The notes under the pieces were generated by a model. The model saw only the letters and a program-made list of their open reading frames with translations, had not been told where the DNA came from and searched no databases. Position numbers and translations under genes: made by a program. From NCBI RefSeq assembly GCF_001194135.2, contig NC_068985.1:3701684-3744042 (forward strand): a DNA stretch of 42,359 nucleotides. The letters are read 5' to 3'. Shown here piece by piece: positions 1 to 12,589 of this stretch. Source of the stretch: Octopus bimaculoides (lineage: Eukaryota). Each line of letters begins with the position of its first letter. Positions within the stretch are counted from its first letter, which is position 1.

Positions 1-150
1 GGCGTTAGGAAGGGCATCCAGCTGTAGAAACTCTGCCAAATCAGACTGGAGCCTGGTGTTGCCATCCGGTTTCACCAGTCCTCAGTCAAATCGTCCAACC
101 CATGCTAGCATGGAAAGCGGACGTTAAACGATGATGATGATGATGATGAT
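1..150 (+). repeat. Family A: RTE-tail retroposon 3' end with (GAT)n tail
   Basis: GGCGTTAGGAAGGGCATCCAGCTGTAGAAAC..CCAACCCATGCTAGCATGGAAAGCGGACGTTAAACGATGATGAT; at least 14 copies in window. Confidence 0.85.
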
Positions 151-1662
151 GGTCTTCTTGAAACAATAATGAATTATTTCTCATTTAACCGGAGCTTACA
201 GTGAAGATAAAGGTTAGCATAAATAGGGGTCAACCATAGAATTTTAAATGCCACAGATCCTTTTTCTTTTTCATGTGCTTTCAGTTATGACTAATTTTCT
301 TTCAAGTTTCTTTAAATCTACGCATATTGTACACTGATATATTTAACCGTTTGTCTTCTTTTGGTTGTTCTTGTCAAAATATTGAAACATTTCGTACTTT
401 CAGAGCTTCTTCAGGTGCTTGGAATTTGTGCTAAAGTTCTCCAAATATTCATCTGCAACCTTTATTAAATCTGGGCTTTTGGTGATTTTCATTCTCTTCT
501 TCTTACCTCTGATGTTCTTTTATTATTCTCCTATTTTCCCTAATTATGGTGTTATTTGTTGGTTCCACTTGAGCTAAAAGATATCCTCTTCTGATTGACC
601 CTGGGATTGAAATCTTGCCTACTTCCTAACTGGCACTCTGTTGATTACAATAACAAGAGTTCCAGTCGATCTGGTCAATGGAACAGCCTGCTTGAGAAAT
701 TAATGTGCAAGTGGTTGAGTACTCCACAGATATGCATACCCTTTATTGTAGTTCTCAGGGCATTTTTGCCAGCAGAGTAAACTGGATCAATGTGAAATAA
801 AGTGTCTTGCTCAAGGACACAACATGTTGCTGGGAATTGACCTCATGACCTTATCAACTTGAGCTGCATACCCTAACCACTAAGCTATATGCATTCACTA
901 ACTTCCTACATTACTACCATTACTCCACAGTTGGCATTTAATCAACTCTAACATTCCGTCATGTGAAGGTGCCAGTGGTCAAGCGGTCAAGTGCTGCACT
1001 CTTGATTATTAGATTGTGAACTTGATTACCAGATGTGGCAGCATGTTGTGTCCTTGAGCAAGACACTTCATTTCACGTTGACTCCAGCAACAGTTTCAAG
1101 GAATGAACACACACAGATCTTGCTTCTGATTTTTCCTGGTGAAAGTTTTTAGGAGAGATGACCTCCCCTCAAAGAATTTACGAATGCTGTATGAATGGCA
1201 GATCTGACATTTCTCTAACATGTCTGTTATGTAGTCTGGCATATATATACTCTTTGGTTACAATGCCTATGATACTGGTGATATGCTTGTTTGCTTTTCA
1301 CTTATTACACATAGAATGGACCATTAATGAAATTCTTCATTTGTATTCTTGCATTCTTCCCAAAGTCTTCTCTGCTCTGCTTTGTTCTTTCGTGGTTTAA
1401 AATGTTTAGTTCTGAAGAAGATGAAGCTTACAATCAATTAAACAAGATCTTTTTAAGTTTATCTTTCAAATTCTTCTCTTTATTTGTAACCTCTTGTGTG
1501 AACTTAGTGACCTTTGTGTGTTATACAGTTCTATACGTCATGTGACCCTGGCCAGATATTTTCTATAAACTTTACTTCCAGATGTTAAATCAACTTAAGC
1601 CTATGTCACTGATTTCACATCTTCTTATCAGATCACAGAGCATAATTTCTGCCACATCTCGT

Positions 1663-1950
1663 GCTAGGGCCACCTAAAAAGCAACAGTGCTGGTGCCACA
1701 TATAAAGCACCCATGCAGGTGCCACATGTAAAGCATCTGTGCCAGTGCCATGTATAAAGTACCCATGCTGGTGCCACATAAAAAGCACCCAGTACACTCT
1801 GTAAAGTGGTTGGTGTTAAGAAGGGCATCCAACCATAGAAACCATGCCAAAACAGACAAATGGCACCTGGTGCAGCTCTGGCTTGCCATCTGTTCAACCA
1901 TCCAACCCATGCCAGCATGGAAAAGAGACATTAGATGATGATGATAGTGA
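1663..1950 (+). repeat. Family A copy
   Basis: Same core and (GAT)n tail, upstream GGTGCCACAT subrepeats. Confidence 0.85.
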
Positions 1951-2209
1951 TGATGAGCTCATTGAAAAATAAAAAAACAAAAACAAAAAACAAAAGAAAA
2001 TGCTATTTCTCTTTTAATTCTATAAAAAAATCATTCTAGAAAGTTACTACAGGTTCATCTTTATTATCCATCATTCTATTGAACCTGTTCTTAAATCAAA
2101 CATGAAGTCTCATTATCTAATTTAATTAACCCATATGAAATGTGGGTCAGTTTCTTGAAATAGCAGATATGGAATTCTTCATGACTTACTCTAGCAAATT
2201 AACACTTCA

Positions 2210-2400
2210 CCATCATCATTTAATGTTTGTTTTTCCATGCTGGCATGGGTTGGATGGTTTGACCAGAGCTGGAAAGGCCAGAAGCTGCCCCAGGTTCCAT
2301 TGTCTGTTCAGCCATGGTTTCTGCAGCTGGATGCCCTTCATAACGCCAACCACTTTACAAAGTATACTGGGTGCCTTCTATGTGGTACCATCACCAGTGC
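2210..2400 (-). repeat. Family A copy
   Basis: CATCATCATTTAATG..CCATGCTGGCATGGGTTGG..GGATGCCCTTC. Confidence 0.85.
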
Positions 2401-2409
2401 TTTTTGGTT

Positions 2410-3900
2410 ATTAGAGGATGACAGGGCCCCTCATGGACAAGCATTGTGAAGGTGGTAAATGGAATTTCCTAAACTACAATAGAATTTGGAAAACATCATA
2501 TATTGACAAAAACCAATATCTTTTTCATCTCATGAAGATAAGGTAATTAAAGATATGAAAACAAGGAAAGCCCCTGGTTCATCAGGGATCACTGCCGAGA
2601 GACTCAAAATACTTGGTATGGTAGGGTACAGGCTAGTCACCTGGATAGTTAATTAGATCATTCAGGAAGGTGTAATATCCAGCGACTGGTGTAGCAGCAT
2701 TATCGTTAACTGCTACAAGGGTAAGGGTGATGCATCAGATAGAAGCAATTATAGAGGCATCAAATTGCTGGAGCAGCTGATGAAAATTACAGAGAGAGTT
2801 ATAACCCAATTAATTAGGAACAGAACTAGGCTAGAAAAAAATGCAGTGCAGCTTTGTCCAGTGAAGAAGCACTACTGATGCTACTTTCATAGTCAGGCAA
2901 CAGCTAAAGAAATACTTAACCAAAGATAAGCCATTATACCTGGCATTCATTGACCTAGAGAAAGCTTTGATAGAGAACCCCACTGTGTGATATGATGGGT
3001 TCTGAGGAGGCTAGGGGTGGAAGAGTGGCTTGTGAAAGCTGTACAGGCCATGTACAGAGATGCTGTCAGTAAGGTGAAAGTTAACCAGGAGTACAACAAA
3101 GAATTTGGTGTATAAGGCTCTGTCCTCAGTCCCCTCCCTTTCATCATTGTCTTCCAAGCCATAACAGAGTTCAAGATGGTAACCCCTGGTAACTACTATG
3201 TGCTGATGCTCTGCCCTCATAGCAGATTCTATATCAGAACTAGTAGAGAAATTCTAGGTGTGGAAGCAAACCCTAGAATCTAAGGGTCTTAAAGCTAACT
3301 TAGTAAGCAAGAAAACAGACAGGGCCCTACTGACTTCAGGTAGATGACCATACTTGATTTGAAGGAAAGGTGTTGGCAGGAATTCCATATGGTATTCCCA
3401 GTGTACATTATGGACACACAAGAGGCGCAGTGGAATAATAGGAAGGTTATCAGAGAAAGTAGTGTTTGTCTGTGGAAGATGCATGGAAGCCATCAAAACT
3501 ACAGATACTGGGGAAATTGATTTTCTCAAATGCCCTGGAGGCTCTTTAAAGGTAGTGGACAATTTCTGCCACATAGGGGACCTAATTAGCTGTGGGGGGG
3601 GGGGAGACTGCACAGAAAGTGTAATCACTAGAAATAAGAATAGGATGGAGAAAGTTCAGAGAGCTTTTACTTGTGTTGGCAACCAATGGTTTCTCTCTGA
3701 GTGAAAGGAAGATTGTATGATGCATGTATACAAACAGCAATTCTATGAGAGGTGGCATCTGAATGCAGAAGACATGTGAAGGCTAGAGAGAAATGAAGCT
3801 AATACAGTCCACTAGATGTGCAATGTTGGTGTACATGTGTGACAGAGTGCTAGTGTTTTGAGGGAAAAGTTGTACAAGAAAGATGACCGGTTTGATTATG
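2410..3900 (+). mobile_element. Decayed RTE-clade LINE reverse transcriptase fragment
   Basis: Frame-broken RGIKLLEQLMKITERV..STTDATFIVRQ..LAFIDLEKAL..RRLGVEEWLVKAVQAMYRDA..GSVLSPLPFIIV. Confidence 0.85.
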
Positions 3901-3945
3901 TGATGTGTATGGATGTAAATAGTTGCATACAGACATGCCAGTCAC

Positions 3946-4177
3946 TTGACCCATTAAGTCCCAGAGTACTTAAATTTCTGAATATTACTTTTAAATTTTT
4001 ACAGATGATTAAAAATAAGTTAAAATGAAAAACATTATTATTAAAACTCCTTTACTTCAAGTAGAAATGGAAATACTCAGTGTCCTATAAATAGGACACT
4101 AAGACAATGTGATATAGCTTATTTAATGTTCTCATTTAGTGTCCTATTTGTAGAACAGTGGAGCTTAATGGGGTTAA
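3946..4177. mobile_element. piggyBac-like MITE
   Basis: Ends TTGA-CCCATTAAG and CTTAATGGG-GTTAA. Confidence 0.6.
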
Positions 4178-4194
4178 GTGGATGGAATTTATGG

Positions 4195-4560
4195 ATGAAG
4201 GGGACCCAGAAAGACATGGGAGGAAGTATTGGAAGCCAATCTTTAGGCACTGAGCCTTATGAAGGAGATGACTAACGATCGAGTTATCTGACACATTGCT
4301 GTACTCAAGAAAACCTGACCACCACAACAGCAGTGTTAAGGCCACTGCCTCCAGTGGGAAAGAGGATTGACCTGCAAGAGTCCTGTGTTGGTGCCACATA
4401 AAAGCACACACTGTAAGGTGGTTGGTGTTAGGAAGGGCATCCAGCTATAGAAACCAAGGCAAATCAGGCTGGAACATGGTGCTGCTCTCCTGCTTGCTGG
4501 CTCTGGTCAAACCATTCAACCCATGCCAGCATAGACAATGGACGTTAAAGGAGGTGGAGG
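4195..4560 (+). repeat. RTE C-terminus joined to Family A tail
   Basis: PRKTWEEVLEANL..AVLKKT precedes the Family A core, linking Family A to the RTE 3' end. Confidence 0.8.
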
Positions 4561-5335
4561 AAGATCTCATGCCTTTAAATGAAGGCATACGTTTAACTTA
4601 TTATCTCACTCATAAATCAAATAGTTAACTTGATCTAATATGATTCAACAAGTTTTTCTGATTGCTATTGTTTGACCCTGTTCAGTCACGATTGAGCAGA
4701 CTTGTGATATTTCCTTACATTATTGTTTTTAAGACAGTATTAAGTTGGTGGTTGTAGTTAGTGCTAGTAGAAAAATAGGTTACTATGTAATTTCTCCTAA
4801 ATTTCCTTGTCTATTTAACCAATTATTTGCACAGTCATTTCTTAGTTTTAAAAACTATTTTCTAAACTTTTTTTTTTCAAGAAGCCTATGAAATTGGTAA
4901 AGTTTTAAATGCTGTACATGTTTAAATTAAACTGTACCATTCTTATGAAACTGAAGGTTACTGATATCAAACAGACTTCGTAGTTACAAAACTGTTCATC
5001 AAACCATTTATCCTTTGATTACTGTGTAATGCAACTAAACAAAAATGTTGAAAAAAATATCTGAAATAAAAACTCACTAAATCTAATAATTCTTGATATT
5101 ATTTTTAAAATATTTTTATTACTCCTGCATTTATTTCTCTCCTACAATAAGACCGCCCCCCCCCCACTCTAGGGATTATATTACTACAAACAGCAATGAC
5201 TGTTTGTCTTTCATTTCACAAGTAATGTTTATTTAAAAGAACCATGACACATTTCTGAAAAGCAAACTAAATTTGTTGTCAAAATGTGTTTACAATATTT
5301 TGACCTTTCTTTTAAATAGAGAAAATGACTGATAT

Positions 5336-6268
5336 TATTACCTCTGCCTTAGTGAAAGCAGAGGTATCATTTTCAGTTGTGTTTGTTTGTTTGTTTGTTT
5401 GTCTGTGGACAAGATATCTCAAGAACCGCTGGATGGATTCGGATGAGACTTTCAGGGATGTTTAGCCTCATGACTGGCACAAACTGATTAAATTTGGGGA
5501 TCAATCCGGTACCGGACAAGGATTCTGGATTATTTGTTATGTTTACTTTGCATGATTACAATCTTATGTTGACTTTCAAGTCTTTCTCAATCATCTCCCT
5601 TTAGGCTGTTTCCAAAGTTTTATTTTCATTTCTTTATTATTAATTTTACTCACGTCTCTATCTTAGTAGAAACTGATGGATAAAGAAATCAAACTACATA
5701 AACAAACGGCAACAAAACCATTCAGAAATTAAATAACACTAACATATTTTTATAATATATATATATGTGATACTTACATATTAACACTTCACAGTATACT
5801 TACGCATATACATACATCTATACATCAATCTAAAGCAACAGGAATACTAAAGGAAGGCCGGAATTTAAGAGAAGAGAAAACCAAAAGGTCTCATGCTATT
5901 CATTTAAAAATTCCTGAGTAGAGCTTATTATTATTACCTCTGCCTTCGAAACTATTTTGAATGGTGAATTTGTTAACCTTGGCTTGTATTAGATAAGGAT
6001 AAACTATTTATTCTTGTTACTAAATTTTCTACAGCCACACTCCATGACCACCATTGGGATCGATCAGGTACCAAACAAAAATTCTGGATTATTTTTCAGC
6101 TTTTCTACTTAATTTCTGAGAGCGGTCGGGTTCATTTTTAGTATTCTTATTCGTGAGAGTAGTCGAGTTTATTTCAAATATTCTCATTTTAAAAAATCAT
6201 CTCCGGTTAATCGTTGAGAGGACGTTGGTGTTGCCTTGGCAGAGGTTTACGCTCTCTGAGTACTCTTG
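5336..6268 (+). mobile_element. Helentron-associated non-autonomous element (HINE/DINE-1-like), copy 1
   Basis: 5' TACCTCTGC..GCAGAGGTA hairpin, (GTTT)n, 3' subterminal repeat GGCAGAGGT and terminal hairpin CGCTC-TCT-GAGT; T-rich flanks. Confidence 0.65.
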
Positions 6269-6284
6269 CTATGATTATTATTAT

Positions 6285-6750
6285 TATTATTGAGTGAGAG
6301 AGCAGAACATGCCATGAAAATTATTATGGTATACAAATATACAAAGCCCAGCATACCTATCATGACTACCTGTCTGATAAGGGTACACCAGGCACATGCT
6401 TGACATGGTGATCTCATATCAAGATAAACAGCGCATAACCATGCAGGTGGGGCCCAGTTAGAATTTTCTTCAGGTTGAGTAATTCATCCTGCTCAAACGG
6501 TCCCTGAATAAGGTTTGTTTAAGGATGATGAGCAAAACACCCATGTTTCCAGAGGTAAATCATTCACACCCCAAAGAATCCAACACATGGCTATGATGCC
6601 CTCCATCCCGCCACCATGGCTAAGAGTCCAACACATGACTGTGATGCCCCCCCACCACCACCACCGCCACTACTCCTGCTCATGATCAGAGATGCACATA
6701 CTGTCAACCACTAAAGGACATGCTCAACTGGTTAAGGTCAACTAAAATAA
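6285..6750 (-). repeat. Interspersed retroposon-like repeat with (AAT)n tail on minus strand
   Basis: Begins at the (ATT)n tract; internal duplication TCCAACACATG.CT.TGATGCCC; family not named. Confidence 0.45.
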
Positions 6751-6934
6751 ACCCGTCTATTGAACTGATTCAATCAAATGAGCTTCATCTCCAGCCAATC
6801 AGGGATTCTAACTCATTACTTGACCTGGTTGAAATAGCAGCTGAATCTCCTTCAAATGACCATCTCATAAGAGGAGGGACACATCGGTTAATGTAGACCG
6901 AGACAAGTTATGTACAAGTTATCTTTTCTTTTAT

Positions 6935-7130
6935 CTTTTGCTTGTTTCCGTCATTAGACTGTGGCCATGCTGGGGCAGCACCTTTAAAGGATTTTTTAGT
7001 CAGTTGAATCGACTCCAACTCTTATTTTCTTTTTTAAGTCTGGCTCTTATTCTATCAGTTTCTTTTGCCAAACTGCTAAGTTATGGGGATGTAAACACAT
7101 ACTCACATGCATGAGCATGTACACACACAC
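6935..7130 (-). repeat. Family C 3' part
   Basis: CTTGTTTC..GACTGTGGCCATGCTGG..ACTGCTAAGTT. Confidence 0.75.
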
Positions 7131-7329
7131 ACACACACACACACATACACACACACACAAACAAATTAGGGTCTGAAGAAACGCTAGAAAGCTAAGCACT
7201 TTATGGACATGTAACCCAAGGTAACCCCATAGATTGATTGGCTATAACTATTTTTATCTAATTTATTCTACTGTTTTATAACTTAGAGTGTGCTTCTCGT
7301 TCAGATTTATGATTCACTGACAATATATA

Positions 7330-7487
7330 TCATCATCATCATCATCATCATACGTCCGCTTTCCATGCTGGCATGGGCTGGATGGTTTGACTGAGGACTG
7401 GCAAGCCAGAAAGTTGCACCAGGTTCCAATCTGATCTGGCAAAGTTTCTACAGCTAGATGCCCTTCCTAACACCAACCACTCCATGA
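7330..7487 (-). repeat. Family A copy
   Basis: (CAT)n plus reverse-complement core. Confidence 0.85.
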
Positions 7488-7504
7488 AAAATGTTTAGGC
7501 ACAA

Positions 7505-7883
7505 GAGTGGCTGTGTGGTAAGTGGTTTGCTTACCAACCACATGGTTCTGAATTCAGTCCCACTGTGTGACTCCTTGAGCAAGTGTCTTCTACTATAGCC
7601 TCGGGCTGACCAAAGCCTCATAAATGGATTTGGTAGATAGAAACTGAAAGAAGCCTGTCATATATGTGTGTGTGTGTGTATGTTTTGTCTGTTTGTTCCC
7701 CCACCATTGTTTGACAACCAACATTGGTGTGTTTACATCCCAGTAACTTAGCAGTTCGACCAAAGAAAACCGATAGAATAAGTACTAGGCTTACAAAGAA
7801 TAAGTCCTGGGGTCGATTTGCTCAACTAAAGGCGGTGCTTCAGCATGGTCACAGTCAAAAGAATGAAAAAAGAATAAAAGAAT
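7505..7883 (+). repeat. Family C tRNA-SINE (about 400 bp, internal TA/TG microsatellite)
   Basis: GAGTGGCTGTGTGGTAAG..CACATGGTTC..CTTG.GCAAGTGTCTTCTACTATAGCC..GATAGAATAAGTACT..CAGCATGG; about 15 copies in window. Confidence 0.85.
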
Positions 7884-7989
7884 GAATCAACCTCAGTACC
7901 TGACTTTTTTTAAAAACCTGGTACATCATATTCTTTTGGTCTTTTTTTGCCAAACTGTTTAAACTATGGGGACATAAAAGCACCAATGC

Positions 7990-9345
7990 CACAGAATTAG
8001 ACGAGTAGAAATGCAGTTCAACTTTGTCTGTGCAAGAAGCACTACTGATGCTATTTTCATAGTCAGGCAACTGTAAGAGACCAGTGAAGAATAAACCATT
8101 ATCCTTAGCATTCGTTGATCTAGAGCAGGCCTGACCAACTCAAATTACATTGCTGACCACTTGAATCACAAAAAGTATGTTGAAGGCCGCTTGTATACTG
8201 ACAGAATTGAAAGCATTTTACTTTCTCATGCTTTTATTACAATAATGAATGAATGATCGTCGATTCAACATGAAATATTATCTTTGCAAAAACAGTAGTA
8301 TCTTTCTTTTTTAATTTTCATTGCAATCTTTAATTTTTGATACAATTTCTAAAATGTTTGTTTGAATAAACCCGCTGCAAGATAAACATCTGTGGGCCAT
8401 GTGTGACCTGCGAGCCTCAGGTTGGCGAACCCTGATCTAGAGAAAACCTTCAATAGAGTGCCCCACTGTGTTATATAGTGGGCACTGAGAAGGCTAGGGG
8501 TAGATGAGTAGCTGCTAATAGGTGTACAAGCCATGTGCAGAGACGCTGTCAGTAAGGTGAGAGTTAACGAGTATAGCAAAGAATTTGGTGTACAAGTAGG
8601 GGTTCATCAAGGTTGAGTCCTCAGTCCCTTCCTTTTCTTCATCGTCCACCTGGTCATAAAAGAGGAATTCAAGACTGGCAGCCCCTGCCCTCGTATCAGA
8701 TTCTATATCAAACCTAGAAGAGAAATTCCAAGTGTGGAAGCAAAACCTAGAATCTAAGACTAAGGCCTTAGTAAGCTAGAAAACAGACAGGGCCCTACCC
8801 ACTTAAGGTAGGTGGCTCTGTTTGATTTCAAGGAAAGGTATAAGCAGGAACTCAATACAGTGTACCCAGTGTATGCTGTGGACATACAAGAGGTACAGTG
8901 GTTTGATAAGGTCATCGGAGAAGGTAGTGTTTGTATGTTGAAGATGCACAGGAGCCATAAAAACTATAAAGACTCAGGAAATTAATTTTCTCAAATGCTT
9001 TGGCGGCTCCTTAGGGGTAGGAGATAATTTCTGCTACCTAGGGGACCAGAGTAGTGGTGGGAGGAGGTGCAAGGAGAGCATAATAGCTAAAATGAGAATA
9101 GGATGGAGGAAATTCAGAGAGCTGTTACCTCTGTTGGCCACGAAAGGTTTCTCCCTCTAAGTGAAAGGAAGATTGTATGATGCATGTATATGGATTGCTG
9201 TTCTATGTGGTAGTGAGATGTGGTCCCTGAATGCAGGGGACATGTTGAAGGCTAGAGAGAAATGAGGCTAGTATGCTCTGCTGGATGTGTAATGTAAGTG
9301 TACATGTTTGACAGAATGTGAGTGCTTTGAGAGAGAAGTTAGACA
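7990..9345 (+). mobile_element. Second RTE RT fragment, interrupted by a hAT MITE
   Basis: MQFNFV..STTDAIFIVRQL..AFVDLE/KTFNRVP..GVHQG*VLSP; similar to 2820-3850. Confidence 0.85.
8126..8434. mobile_element. hAT (Charlie-like) MITE
   Basis: 8-bp TSD ATCTAGAG (8118-25 and 8435-42); imperfect TIRs CAGGCCTGACCAAC / GTTGGCGAACCCTG. Confidence 0.85.
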
Positions 9346-9348
9346 TAA

Positions 9349-9810
9349 GAGGAATTACATTATTTACATTTGATGGATATTTGTCCTCATCTTGTTTGTT
9401 GTTAACACGTTTTGACACCATCATCAGGTGTCTTGGGGAAATTTCGAACCTGGGTTCTCATTCCTAAGGGATTTTTCGATATTATTATTATCATTATTAT
9501 TACTATTACTATTATTATTATTTTTCAAGTCACTGGAATTGAACTTGGAATCTTGGGGTTAGTATCCCGCGCTCTTAACCACTACGCCATATGCCCATGG
9601 GCAAGTATGGAGTGAATTTTAGGGCTTATAAATCTAACATTTTCCTATCCTTCCTTAATAATAATAGCACCGAAAAATGCCTTAGGAATGAGAACCCTGT
9701 TTCGAAATTTCCCCAAGACACCCGATGATGGCTGGAGGGTATATCAACCGAAATGTTGTGTTAACAACAAACAAGATGAGGACAAATGTCCGTTAAATGT
9801 AAATAATGTT
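9349..9810 (-). mobile_element. Second copy of the Penelope-like 3' module with inverted partial duplication
   Basis: Minus strand 9660-9349: ORF end (LRKDRKMLDL*), tRNA-like unit, (AAT)n, deleted hammerhead, tail; about 9657-9810 repeats the 3' part on the plus strand. Confidence 0.7.
9717..9762 (+). ncRNA. Degenerate hammerhead, same family as 41409
   Basis: GACAC-CCGATGA-T-GGCTG..CAACC-GAAATGTT-GTGTT; core carries a U-to-C change. Confidence 0.45.
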
Positions 9811-10276
9811 CAATCAGAATTGTCTGCAATTAGACAACTAAATTGGAATTTTCTTTTCATAATTAAGATAGTGCCCTTCCTTGCTGCTCACTGATGTCTT
9901 TGACATTATCCAGAAGAGAGTTTTATAAGAGACATGAAGTGTCTTCACTCCTCATACTCTACCATCAATATAATAGACTCCATTGTTCCAAAATATTTTC
10001 TGCCTCAGCATTATCAGAACTCCATCCACTTACTCTTTTCTAATTACGTCTGTCTGCTTCCATAAGTTTGGCACCAGACATTATTATAAGTGGATGTTGA
10101 CTACCAAACCTCCTGCATTTCTTTTCTAACCACTTCATTTCAAACTTGTCCTGTTTTGGAATGGCTTTCATGTTCTTTCTCTTTGAATGAATTAATAAAA
10201 ATTTTGAAAAAATTGTATTTTCAAATGTTTATTCAACTAAAACTGGTTTATCAAAATATCCTTTATATTTTTTCAG

Positions 10277-10424
10277 GTCCCATCCTGGGTATACATTATT
10301 AATGCACTGGGAGTTTTTATATACCAGTCTCTCGATGCTATTGATGGTAAACAGGCACGGCGTACATCAACTAGCACACCTCTTGGAGAATTACTTGACC
10401 ACGGATGTGATTCCTTATCTACAG
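10277..10424 (+). CDS. CEPT1: CEPT1/CHPT1-family phosphotransferase, first exon visible in window (148 nt, catalytic motif)
   Basis: tttcag acceptor and gtaact donor; translates [49 protein letters not shown], which contains the CDP-alcohol phosphotransferase motif DxxDGxxAR(x8)GxxxDxxxD. Confidence 0.97.
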
Positions 10425-10972
10425 GTAACTTATATTATAACCACCTTACACGCTTCCCTGTAAAGGTAAGGTTTACTGTTGAAGGATTACCTTATGTCAT
10501 TGGAAGGGGCAATGGAACTGTTAATTTAGAAAATGTTCTGGTTGAATTGTGAATGTTCTGACTGGAATGTCAACACAAACATTGGGTCTAAAACCATTTC
10601 TGTATAACCTTGTTTGTCAGCCTAGTTGAAAGTTGGCCTAAAGACAATGTTTTATGGGGAAGAATTTCATCTTTAACTGTTTAGAATTTAAAATGGCCAT
10701 ATCCAGCCTGAATACTCTACTTGATTTATGTTTAAACCAGCCAGATCTGGCCTCTCACACCTACCCTTCTATGTCATTCTAAAAATAAACAATCACATCA
10801 TGAAAACCTCAAAGCTGGGAGATAATGCAGAGTTAATGGGAAGACAGAAACATTACATTCGACAAAGATATACTAAAGAGTCAAACACTGCAATTATTGA
10901 TGCTAATGTCAGGATTTGTGGTGCCATAAAATGTGTCTCTGAATGTGTGAAGAACTGGTGAGCTGGCAGAAC

Positions 10973-11135
10973 GAGTCTGACATTTACCCCTCATGGACAA
11001 TTACCCCTGGGGACAACAGATGATGATTTAAAACTTCTTGATATATTAGAGAGGATGTATTAACCAAGTGTGGGGGGGGGGGGGAAATTGTCCTCTAGGG
11101 GGTGATTGTCCTAGGGGAGGTAATTGTCCTGATGC
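10973..11135. mobile_element. Small Mutator/Sola-like MITE inserted in a SINE head
   Basis: GGACAATTACCCC / GGGGAGGTAATTGTCC inverted ends, TTGTCCTAGGGG subrepeats, 8-bp flanking duplication GGCAGAAC (10965-72, 11136-43). Confidence 0.55.
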
Positions 11136-11209
11136 GGCAGAACTGTTGGCATAGCAGACAGAATTGCTGAGCAGCATTTCATTCAGCTTTACATCCTAAG
11201 CTCAGTATT

Positions 11210-11493
11210 TATTTTTTCTAAGCCTAGTACTTATTCCAGCAATCGCTTTTGCTGAACTGCTAAGTTTCGGTGACGCATAAACACACAATCATTGGTTTGT
11301 CAAGCAGTGAGGAGAACAACCACAAGCACAAAGACACCCTCCCCACCCTCCATATATATTTATATACGATGGGCTTCTTTCAGTTTCTGTCTACCAAATC
11401 TACTCACAAGGCTTTGGTCAGCCCAAAGTTATAGCAGAAGTAGGACTGAACCGGGAACCATGTGTTTGGGAAGCAAGCTTTGTACCACACAGC
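11210..11493 (-). repeat. Family C copy
   Basis: Reverse-complement head ends CCACACAGCC. Confidence 0.8.
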
Positions 11494-11874
11494 CATGTCC
11501 TTACCTAAAATATTACTGAAAAGATATTTTTAATGAAAAAAATCAGTGACAACTTCTAAAGTTCTCACCTTTGTTGAATGAGTGATGAGTTTGCGTGAGG
11601 GCAATGGGTTCACATTGATATTGCTGTCAAACCTCTAATTGAAGTTCATTAGAAAAAGAAATAGATATTTCATTTCCTCGTTATTTGAAGTAATATATAC
11701 TTGAGTAAAAACTATAAGCAATAATTTTCTTAAAACTAATGTTAGTAAGAACAGATGAAGTCTAGGACTTGAACTAAGGCTCTTCTGACAAATTATGTCC
11801 CTCCCCCTGCCACTTAGTCCCCACTCAATCCCAACCATCATGAGTTCTTTTCAAATTTCATTTTGTTTTTTTTA

Positions 11875-12250
11875 CTTCTTGATCTTTTACTTGTTTCAGT
11901 CCTTTGACTGTGACCATGCTAGGGCACCACCTTGAAGAGGTCTTGTTGAATTGGTTCCAGTACTTAATGATTTTGTTTTTTCACTGAACGCCTAAGTTAC
12001 GGGGACATAAACACATCAAGGCTGGTTGTCCAGTGGTAGTGAGAATAGACAGACACAAAGACACACACACACACACACACACATCTATATATGTATACGA
12101 TAGTCTTCTTTCAGTTTCTGTCTACCAAATCTACTCACAAGGCTTTGGTTGGCCCAAGGCTATATTAGAAGACACTTGCCCAAAGTGCAACGCAGTGGGA
12201 CTGAACCCGGAACCATATGGTTGGGAAGCAAACTTCTTACTACACAGCAA
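11875..12250 (-). repeat. Family C copy
   Basis: Full body with (CA)n. Confidence 0.85.
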
Positions 12251-12589
12251 TACTGGCAACCTATATATTTGATAATCTGAAGAAAATTTATCAGCAACCA
12301 GAAAGAAGTGAATATATTTAGCATGAGAGAACCAAAACAACAGTTTCAGATATCTGTTACCATGAGATACTTATTAAATCAATTACTAATGTATTAACAG
12401 TGTTTGTTTTTCTAAGTAAACTTTACTAAGGAGGGAATCAATAGTATTTCACCCTCACCAGATACTTGTAAACAGGACAGCTGTTTACAACAGTTCTGTG
12501 TAATAATTATAAATTCATTGGTGGCTCTAATTCTGTGCATCCACCTCATTGTAAAGTTTAGTATTTATTCTTTTCTACTCTCGGCACAA

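Noticed and set aside
1-10276. N-terminal CEPT exon (expected APN.IT motif)
   Set aside because: No matching exon found by eye; probably upstream of the window.
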